Of a stretch of DNA of 64,000 bases, positions 48,582 to 58,395 are shown piece by piece (position 1 is the stretch's first letter; each line of letters opens with the position of its first letter). The notes under the pieces are model-generated. The model made no database searches and was not told where the DNA came from. It was given only the letters and a program-made list of their open reading frames with translations. Source of the DNA: Macrostomum lignano (lineage: Eukaryota); contig NIVC01001407.1 of NCBI GenBank assembly GCA_002269645.1, positions 62,001 through 126,000 on the forward strand. Reading direction: 5' to 3'. Position numbers and translations under genes: made by a program.

Positions 48582-51208
48582 ATGCAGAAGCAGCAGAGCA
48601 GCTTCAGTAGTAAACGCCACGCGAAGGCCGAACCCCAAGGCACAAGAGAGTGTACATGCCGGACGAATATAGAGTCAGGGCCGCTGTACATCCTGTGTGA
48701 GCGTGTGCCTGAGTTCAGTATTGGCGCGCTTGTATTGTGCTCAGGAGCCAGTTATAAGCAGAGTTGCTGTCAGTGCTGGTTGTGGGACTATGTCGCTGAG
48801 GACGTTCACCAATTTTATCTCCAAACGACTAAATTCAGATCGAAAAGTTGCAAAGTGGCCAACATTCAACAGCAGCAGCAGCAGCAACAGCAGGGTCTGT
48901 CGTTTCGACGACCTCAAAGTGATTCCGAGATGTCGCATCTTCGGCAGCGCCCGGTTGCTGCAATGAACGGCGGCCTCAACGGCATCGGCGGTGTCGGCAC
49001 TCCTCGCTGCAATTGGCGTCGATCTGCCGACGTCAGCCAATGGGAGTTGGCCACGTTGGACACCAGCCAGTGGCGACGCTCCGTTGATGCCAGTCAATGG
49101 GTCAACGGCGTCGACGATGCACCGAATCAACGGTGCGACGCCTGCGAGTTGGCCGGCCAATCGGAGGCGGAGCCGCCCTGGTGGAGGCGGGCAACTCGCG
49201 GCCGACAGCTAAACTCGGTGACTCGACGGGTTGCAACTGCTATCGCGTCGCGCGACTGTCCTAGGCAGGACGTTAGACGAATGTTCAGCTTCCAGCAGCC
49301 GGAGCAGCCGGAAACGAGGCTCTTGTTGAATGACTGTGACGAGAACAGCAATGGTGTCGACAGTAACAATGGATCGGATGGAACCGTCGACTCAATGGTA
49401 AGTTCCGCTGGACACTCATGCAATTAGACTCCTTCAGCGGTGAAGCGTTCACATTTTTTCTTGTTTTTACCTAACTCAAAATTCATTTTCGTCGTTCGTG
49501 GAAAGTCTCCGTTTTGCAGATTTAACTTTTGATTCGAGTTTTATTCTAAAGCAAAAGTTACAACTTCAGTTCGTATGATAGTTTTTTAAATTAATTAAAA
49601 TATTCCACACGAAACCCACAGCACAATTCAGCTTCATCGTCCCGCTGCTGCAGCAGCTGCGTCTTCGAAGACAGCAACAACAATGGCCACACAAATGGCA
49701 ACGGCATCAACGCATCTGCGCCAAAGTCCGCAGATTGGACGGTAGGAGGACAGTGCAACGACGTCAAAAGTCCGGACAATAACGATGACGGAATGGGAGC
49801 CTATCCGACCTTCGTGCTGCCCGACAACAATCCCCTGGGCGACACGGACATCGAAGACCTGGCCGAGTTGGACAGACGAAGAGTCCGCGGTCTGGCCCGC
49901 CTGGAGTTGACGGCTTTATTCGACAAGCACCGCTGTTGCCAGGCATCTGTAGCGACCTCCAACGGAAGCGCCGTCACTACCAAGCACCAGCGCCGGTTCC
50001 TTCGTTTGCAGCAGCGCAGCCAAACGCTTTCAATGCCCGACGAAGACAAACTGGACTCGTCGGAACCATCTAGTCGGACAGTCGAGGCTAAAACCGTCCG
50101 ACTTCTGCGACTTGTTCGAGTGCTGACGGAGCGCTTGAGCCGCGAGGACGCGCTGAAAACTCGCGGCCTGTTTCGCGTCTGCGGATCGGCCGCTCGAGTC
50201 CGCGCTTTTCGTCGAGCTCGACCGGAAGTTGTTGAAGCTGCCGCCGCGGCTTCGGCCATTGATCCGCACGACGCATCCACCTTGTTGAAGGCCTGCCTGC
50301 GGGAACTGCCGCGTCCGCTAGCTGTCTCATCTCGCGACGCAGGACGGTTCACCTGCCTACCTCGGATATGCGATGAAACCGATCGACTATTTGGTCTGAA
50401 TTTGTTTGTATTACTACTGCCAAGCGAGTTCAGTAGTGTACTACGGGAGTTGGTGGAGCTTTTAGCTAAAGTAAGCAAGCATTGAGTGTACTTTTGATTG
50501 ATTTTTTTATTTTGATTTATTTATTTGTTATACCTTAAATTATCCTCGACACAGGTTGTTTCTCACCGTGATCAGAATCAGATGACTCTGCAAGCTCTGG
50601 CAACGGTGATTGCTCCCAGTCTGGTTCCAGCTCATTCGCCGGAACAGCTGCTCATCGACAGTCAGGACCTCATCACAGCCGTCGAGATGCTCATCAAGTA
50701 TCGCAGCATCGTCTGGATTGTTCCAGACTTCACTCTGCAACAGATTCGTCGACAAGCTCCGCCCTCGTTGCCAATTCCGGTCGAGGCGGCCCAGCAGCGT
50801 CAGCCGCACGCGGCGGTGAGGCTGCTACGACGCATCGCCGGTGGCCGTCAGCATCAGCATAAAGGGCATCTTCATTGCCAGCAGCAACAGCAACCTTCGC
50901 CAACGTCCTCTCCGTTCTCAGCCACATCCTCGTCTCTCTCGGCCCTGTCTCCAACGGCTCAGCAAAGCAACAGTTCAATCATCCAGGTGCGAGTCATTTT
51001 AACGGCACACGAGTCGGAAATCGTGAAATCAGTTTTAATAGCTTCGAATACGACGGCCGAAGAAGTTGTTAGACGAGTCGGATGCGATAGCAATGGCAGC
51101 TGCCTGTACGAGGTCGGTGGTAACCTCTGCGAACGCCGGTTGAAACCAAACGCTGTGGTGTCGGTTGTGCGACGAGTGAATCCCGCATGCAGTTGGCTGG
51201 TGAAGTGA
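48582..51208 (+). CDS. RhoGAP of the ARHGAP18/28/40 (Conundrum) family; exons 48582(?)-49397, 49622-50470, 50555-51208
   Basis: PTFVLPDNNPLGDTDIEDLAELDRRRVRGLARLELTALFD (family N-terminal motif); GAP domain GLFRV...DASTLLKACLRELPRPL...NQMTLQALATVIAPSL; C-terminus LYEVGGNLCERRL...NPACSWLVK. Phase-0 introns; true start uncertain. Confidence 0.85.
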
Positions 51209-51649
51209 CACTAAATTGAATATGGAAGATGAAGTCTATATGCAAGGTTGCTGCTGGCGGCTCAGGCAATAGTAAATGTATATCTTTTTTTCAAAAAACA
51301 ATAAGTAATAAATAAGTTTCAGGTTTTTCGAAAGAAAACGAACAATATATTAGAAAAAAAAATTATACAAATTATTTTGGTTAATCCTATCTAGAGATGT
51401 ATAATCACATCAATAACTATAAATAGTCAGAAAATCTGATTTTTTACTCTTGCGCTTTGCCGTACTTATTATATATGACTCTTCTGTGCCAGTGCTTCTA
51501 TTTATTAGTGCCTTTATCAGCAATATTTATCAGTGTCAATATTACTTAATTAGCGTGAACACGTTTTGTATCTATCCAATATGAGCAATTGTCACTTTTC
51601 CTTTTAATTTCTTTAAAGCAGAATTTCTCCAGAATTTTTACTTTAGTTA

Positions 51650-53000
51650 TCTCCTAATACTAAAACCGACGCGATGTTTGTCTGTCTGTCTGTCTGTCTG
51701 TATGTAGCAAGTGAACTCCTACAATTCTGCCAAGTCAGCGTTGAAACTTATATGGGAAAACTGCAAATTTTCCGGAGCAGGCTTTAGGCTATTTTAATTT
51801 TTAATTTTCCAATTTTAGCATCCCTAAAAAAGCAGAAAACTGCTTTTTTAACCCCCAATAACCTTTTTTGGCCACTCTGCCTGGGGCTGCAGCCAGTTTG
51901 TAAAAATAGCCACCCCAACCTCCGCCCGCGGGCCGCTGTGTATTGAGGGGTGGTGGGTGCGAGTGGAAATAAAACCCCCGCGTGTGGGGGGTTCAGTTAA
52001 ATTTAATGCTTCCCCCAGAACGGGGGATTGGGCTTGGGCTGAGTGTACATAGCAGTTGTACAGTGTAAACAGATAGATAGGAATCAGGACTGTGTCGAGA
52101 TTCAATCGGTTTTATTATTGGCGCCTTTTTTCTCCATAGGCATCCCTGTGTATTAGCTTAGCAGTGAAATTCAATGAATTGCGAGCTTCTCTAGCAAGCA
52201 GTCGGGAAATCGGTAAATTTCAAACGCTAACTGTTCCTCGAGTTTTAAACTTTGAGAGGAGAAACTTATATTGCTGGAAAGATCTTGCAACGCAGAGTTC
52301 GAGGATATAAGTTGTTTGCTTTATCTCCTAATACTAAAACCGACGCGATGTTTGTCTGTCTGTCTGTCTGTCTGTATGTAGCAAGTGAACTCCTACAATT
52401 CTGCCAAGTCAGCGTTGAAACTTATATGGGAAAACTGCAAATTTTCCGGAGCAGGCTTTAGGCTATTTTAATTTTTAATTTTCCAATTTTAGCATCCCTA
52501 AAAAAGCAGAAAACTGCTTTTTTAACCCCCAATAACCTTTTTTGGCCACTCTGCCTGGGGCTGCAGCCAGTTTGTAAAAATAGCCACCCCAACCTCCGCC
52601 CGCGGGCCGCTGTGTATTGAGGGGTGGTGGGTGCGAGTGGAAATAAAACCCCCCCGCGTGTGGGGGGGTTCAGTTAAATTTAATGCTTCCCCCAGAACGG
52701 GGGATTGGGCTTGGGCTGAGTGTACATAGCAGTTGTACAGTGTAAACAGATAGATAGGAATCAGGACTGTGTCGAGATTCAATCGGTTTTATTATTGGCG
52801 CCTTTTTTCTCCATAGGCATCCCTGTGTATTAGCTTAGCAGTGAAATTCAATGAATTGCGAGCTTCTCTAGCAAGCAGTCGGGAAATCGGTAAATTTCAA
52901 ACGCTAACTGTTCCTCGAGTTTTAAACTTTGAGAGGAGAAACTTATATTGCTGGAAAGATCTTGCAACGCAGAGTTCGAGGATATAAGTTGTTTGCTTTA
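51650..53000 (+). mobile_element. Head-to-tail dimer of a ~675-bp non-autonomous Helitron-like element (51650-52323, 52324-53000)
   Basis: 5' A|TC start followed by ctaatactaaaa and a (TCTG)n seed; no TSD; downstream flank begins with T. The copies appear identical except for C/G run lengths. Confidence 0.65.
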
Positions 53001-53248
53001 TATATGAAAACTAAAAGCTTTTCATTGGGAAAACTATTCCCATACTTTTAACTTTTTGCAAAAATTGTAATCAGTTTTGCGAGACGTAATAGATAAAGTT
53101 GGGGGGAGGGTTCAACTTCTCACTGCTGCTGTGTATTGGAGGGTTGATTTAGATTGACTGACTGACTGTGAAATCAGTTGCGCAATGAATTGATTCAATT
53201 AGTTCAATATCTTTATCAGTGCCTTTTAACACGAAGCTGTGCGTAGTT

Positions 53249-53284
53249 CTAACCCTAACCCTAACCCTAACCCTAACCCTAACC
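53249..53284 (-). repeat. Interstitial telomeric repeat, (CTAACC)6 = TTAGGG type
   Basis: Six perfect units. Confidence 0.92.
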
Positions 53285-53299
53285 AATGAATCCGGAGAG

Positions 53300-53710
53300 T
53301 TGAGTTGTTTGACGGAAAAAATTCGATTGAGTCCAGTTTAGCGGAGACGATTTCAATGTTTTATTTTGACGAAGAGGATTTCTGTTTCGTGGAGAGGATT
53401 TCAATGGTGTTCAGTTTCGTGGAGAGGATTTCAATGGTGTTCAGTTTCGTGGAGAGGATTTCGATGATGTTCAGTTTCACGGAGAGGATTTCGATGATGT
53501 TCAGCTTCACGGAGAGGATTTCGATGATGTTCAGCTTCACGGAGAGGAGATAATTTATGATTGATTTCTATTTTATGGAGACGATTTTGATGAATTTAAG
53601 TTTCAAGGAGAGGATTTCGAAGGAGTCCAGTTTCACGGAGAGGATTTCGATGGTTTTCAGTTGCACGGACAGGATTTCTGCTTCGCGGAGAGGATCTTGA
53701 TGGATTTGGC
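53300..53710 (+). pseudogene. 30-nt repeat reading as a decayed acidic pentapeptide-like repeat (VQFHG-EDFDD)n
   Basis: The frame starting at 53391 gives GEDFNGVQFRGEDFNGVQFRGEDFDDVQFHGEDF...; in-frame TGA codons and frameshifts are present. Confidence 0.35.
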
Positions 53711-53719
53711 ATCTTCAAT

Positions 53720-54780
53720 CAGTCAGAGAAGAGAGTAAAGAGAAGAATGAAAAGAGAAGAGAGATGAGATGAAAGAAAACAGAGTAGAAATGAGTGGAGA
53801 GATTAGACATGACAGATGGGAGAGAAGAGGGGAGTAAGGCGGGAACGAAGAGGGAGAGAGAAGAGGAGAGAGGAGATGAAGGGAGAGGATATGAGAGAGG
53901 AGATATGAGATAGCAGAGAGGAGACAGGAGCGAGAAGAAAGGAGGGACAAGAGCGTACAGAGGCAATAGAAGAGAGGAAAGAGAGGAGAGAGGTGAGAGG
54001 TGAGAGGAGAGAGATGAAAGATCAGAGATCAGAGATTTAAGAGAAGAAAGTAGTGAGGAGAAAGAAGAGGGTAAAGATGAGAGTGCAGAGAGGAGAGAAA
54101 CGAGAGGAGACAGGTGGTAGAAAGGAGTGTAAAAAACAGGAGATAAGAAAGGAGAGGGTGAGAGTGAGAGCATATAGGAAAGTGTAAAAGGGGAGCAGAG
54201 GAGAGAGAATAGATAAGTGAGTAGAGAAGAGATATGAGAGAGGAGAAAGGAGAGATTAGAGAAGAGATGAGGGGAGATAAGAGGAGAGAAGAGGGAATGG
54301 AGAGGAGAGAAAAGAGAGGAGAGGAGACAGGTGATGCAGTAGAAAGGGAAGAAAGATGGTAGATAAGAAAGGAGAGGGTGAGAGCGTATAAGAGATACGA
54401 GAAATGAAAGCAGAGAGAGGAGAGAAAAGGGGAGATAGAAAGTAGAGCGGAGACGATAGATAAGTGAGTAGATATGAGATATTAGAGAGGAGAGAAAAGG
54501 GGAGAGATAAGAGAGAAGATAGGAGAGTAGACAGGAGAGGGTACAGACGAAAGGCGAGGGAGAAGAGATAAATAAGGGAGTAGAGATGAGATATGAGAGA
54601 GAAGAGATAAGCGAGAAGAGTAGGAATAGAGGAGAGAGAGAAGCGAGAGAAGGGAGAGAGGAGGGAGAAGAGAGATGAAAGATCAGAGATGAGAGAGATG
54701 AAAGTGTAGACAGGAGTAATTAGTGAGGAGAAAGAAGAGAGTAAAAATAAAAATTAGAGCGCAGGGCGCAAGAGATGAGA
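53720..54780 (+). repeat. Irregular polypurine tract with a diverged internal duplication
   Basis: gagagatgaaagatcagagat...tagtgaggagaaagaagag occurs at ~54008 and ~54672. Confidence 0.85.
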
Positions 54781-54930
54781 GATGGGAGTTGATAGATTGT
54801 AGAGGATTTGGAGATGATTTGGAAGATGGGATTCAATTCATGTAATTTCAGCTGATAGGAGTTCTTCCCCTTCAGAATTCCGGTGATGGGAGTTCTTCCC
54901 CTTTCTCCTCCAGAGGAGGAGTTCCACTCG

Positions 54931-55721
54931 TCTAACTATAAAAATCAAAACTCTGTCTGTGTGTCTGTCTGTCTGTCTGTCTGTGTGTCTGTGGACAATT
55001 TTGATCGCTATGGACTCCCAAACCGCTCAACCAAATGACACCAAACTTTACACCCACCCTAAACTTACTACGGAGAATGTCTTAGGCTACCTTTTAATTT
55101 CCTAAATTTGAGTCTTCCCACCTAAAAGTGCAAAAAACTGCTCAAAATGCGCGATTTTTTTACTAAATCCTCCATAGCGCCGCTTCACTTCTACCGACCC
55201 TCTTCAAACTTGACATGAACAATCTTCAACTATTTTCACACAATCGTGTAAAATTTCGAGTCTCAAAGTTAATCCTGAGCGGTGCTGTGCACTTTTAAAG
55301 TTAGGCTGTTTTTTTCAGCGTAGCAACCACCCCAACCTCCGCCCGCCTGCCTCTCTTTCCCGATCTGGGCCCAGATGTGTAGAAGGGTTTCAAAATTGAC
55401 TAACTTTCAGCTGCCATAAGTTTGCTCCACGTAAAGCGATTGACTTCAAACTTGACACAATTTTTCATTGACTCTTTCCCTATCTAAATGTAAAATTACA
55501 ACTCTGTAACTCAACCGAAAAAGAAACTGTAAGCATGTGAAGTTTGTCTGCTTTTTCTGTTGTTTGTGCCACTCACTCACTCATTCCCCCAGAGCCAGAC
55601 GAAGGGTCGGGCGATAGGACTGAATGTACATAGCAAATGTACAGTGTTTTGGAATAACTTTATTTATAGCCTTCTCCGCAACCCGAGAGTGGAGAGGCTA
55701 CGTTTAGCCATAACAGTTTAG
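54931..55721 (+). mobile_element. Non-autonomous Helitron-like element (second family)
   Basis: 5' TCTAACTATAAAA plus a (TCTG/TGTG)n seed, then aaaccgctcaaccaaatgacaccaaac; subterminal hairpin tagccttctcc...ggagaggcta (55667-55700); shares motifs with the 51650 family. Confidence 0.6.
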
Positions 55722-56199
55722 TGAGAAATTCTAACCACTGCCCTCCCCTCTGTATTGGCAAACTCTGCAGCAGTTTAACAGAGGATGGCAATTGGCAAAT
55801 CGAGGGAATCCAGCATGGTTTGTAAAAGCGAAAGATTTATGAAAAGGCGATGCGATGCAATGCAATACAACCCTACTAAATTAGGCACACCATGGAAATT
55901 TTAGGTTTCTTTTAAAGGTACTGTGTAAATTTTAAATGGCCTCCTAAGAAATGCGTATTTCCTTGGTTGTTAGACTGATGCAGACTGCAGTGGAGCTGAA
56001 GATACACAAATTCCTTTCAGGGCTGCAAATTGGCAAGAAAGATGACGTGATCAAAGCATGAGAACAACGATGAGAGTACTACGTCCCACAAACTGGCTTT
56101 CCAAGCAGGGATGGGCAGACTTTTACCTCAAAGGCCAGATAAAGAATCCAGCATTCCAGCTCATAGCTGAGGGGCAGATGAAAGTGGAAAGAAGAAGGA

Positions 56200-57565
56200 A
56201 TAGACGATTCGAAGAGAGGAGAGGCGACAGAGGGGATAAAAGAAAAGATAAAAGATAATAGGAGAGATGAGGGGGTGAGGATGATGAGAGAGAGGGGGAG
56301 AAGAGGGGAGAGAGGAAAAGCGAGATGAGAGAGCAGAGAGCTGCAGATGAGAGGAGAGAGGAGACAGCAGAGAGGAGAGCAGAGAGGAAACAGGTGAAAG
56401 AAGAGATGAGAGAGTACAGGGAAGAGAGAAGAGATAAAGATACATCTCTAAGGTTGTAGAGATGAGAGAGGTGGAAGGAGAGATGAGAAATGAGAGATGA
56501 GAGATAACGGAGAGAGGAGAGTGGAGTGAGAGAAGAGAGGGAGACAGAGTATAGAAAAGGGAAGAGAAGAGAAAAGAAGAAAGGAGAAAGGAAAGTGAGG
56601 AGTCAAAAGAGGGGAAAGAAAAGAGTACAGAGGAGAGAGGTGAGAGAACATATAAGACAGAGATGCCAGATTAAAGAGGGGGATGAGAGAGCAGAGACGA
56701 GAGTGAACAGATAAAAGATGGGAGAGTAGAGAGAACAGAGGAGAGGTTACAGAGACGGGAGGAGAGAGGAGAGACAAAGGTAGAGAAGTGAGTGAGGAGA
56801 GAGGAGAGGAAAGATGAGAATGGAGAGGGGAGAGAATAGAGAGAGGAGGATAGATAAGAGAGAAAGACAGAGAAGAGAGAGAGCGCAGAGCAGAGAGAAA
56901 CGAGAAGAGATAAGAGGGAAAAGATAAAAGAAGAGAAAGGAGAGATGAAAGAGCGGACGAGAGAGAAGAGAGGTGAGGGAAGAGACGAGCGACGAGGGGA
57001 GAGAGAAGAGATAAAACAAGAAAAGAGATGAGAGGAAAGAGAGAGAGGGAAGAGGTGAGGGAAGAGACGAGAGAAGAGGGGAGAGAGGAGAGAGAGAGGA
57101 AAGAGTAGAGAGGAGAGATGAGAGAGTAGAGGAGAGAGTTAAGAGAAGAGAGAAAAGAATAGAGAGGACAAGGAAGAGATGAGAGAAGAGGGGGATCGGA
57201 GAGGAGAGAGGAGAGGAGGGAGAAAACGAAAAAGTAGAGAGGAGAGAGGAGAGGAGAGAAAAAAGAAGAGGGAAGAGATGAGATAAGAGATATGAAAGAG
57301 AAGAAAGATGAGGGAATATACGAAAGAAGATGGGAGCTAGAGGAGAGAGGAGAGGAGAGAGAAGACGAAAAAGTAGAGAGGAGAGAGGAGAGGAGAGAGA
57401 AAAGAATAGGGAAGAGATGAGATAAGAGAGATGAAAGAGAAGAGAGATGAGGGAAGATACGAGAGAAGAGAAGAGAGACGAGAGACGAGAGACGAGAGAC
57501 GAGAGACGAGAGACGAGGGATGAGAGAGAAGAAAGGAATCAGAAGAGACGATAGAAATTTTAAAG
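56200..57565 (+). repeat. Irregular polypurine (GA-rich) tract, ~1.4 kb
   Basis: Direct reading. Confidence 0.9.
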
Positions 57566-58395
57566 GATCCAAGGGATGTAGGGAGAGTCAGGGAGAGGCC
57601 AGAGTTTGCCAATACATGTTTTAGAGTCAGAGACAGACATTGCCTGGCATTCTGTGGAGTACCCCAGCAAACAATATCAACGTTTGCCTCAAACCCTAAT
57701 TTTACATGAATGTGCTCCATTTTATGTCTACCTCTATCCTACTAACATTAATTTGTTTGTGTATGGCCTTAGATTTCAGAATACATGCAAAAGTAGTTCC
57801 GGGGATTGGAATTCCCTGGGTTCAAAATCCGCGGGTTTCAACAGCTTGTCCTTTACTATTTGCTTCATTAAAATGCGCTTGAAGTAAAACAAACCTCTTT
57901 TTTCAAAATTTATAAAAATCTGTATGTTTTTTTGTTCTTTCCAATCTGCAGGCTTGTAACATTGATTAGCTAAATCTACACAAAGTGTACACAATAAAAA
58001 TATTAAGAAAAGGCAAACAATCTTAGCTCACCATGCTGACAACTTTTGGATTAATTAGGGTTAAATTAAGTCATCTCTGAAGTAGTTCAAGTAATTTATA
58101 TACGATATAAAAAGTCAGAAAGCTCATTATTTCTACCAACATTTTTTTGGTTCGAAGTTACCCAATTTAGCATCTCTGGTTTTCATCATAAATTAGCGGA
58201 TGTACTTTGCTTAGCTAAAGACTTTTTGAATAAAGTGTCAACATATTTTTTAGAAAAGGTAAGTTTTATTGAAAATAATTAAATATATTAAACGTTGTTC
58301 AAACACAGTGTAATGATTTGTTTAAATTAATTTAAAACACAAAATGATTTTAATAACAAAAACTTATATTATACGACAAATTTGAAAATATCACG

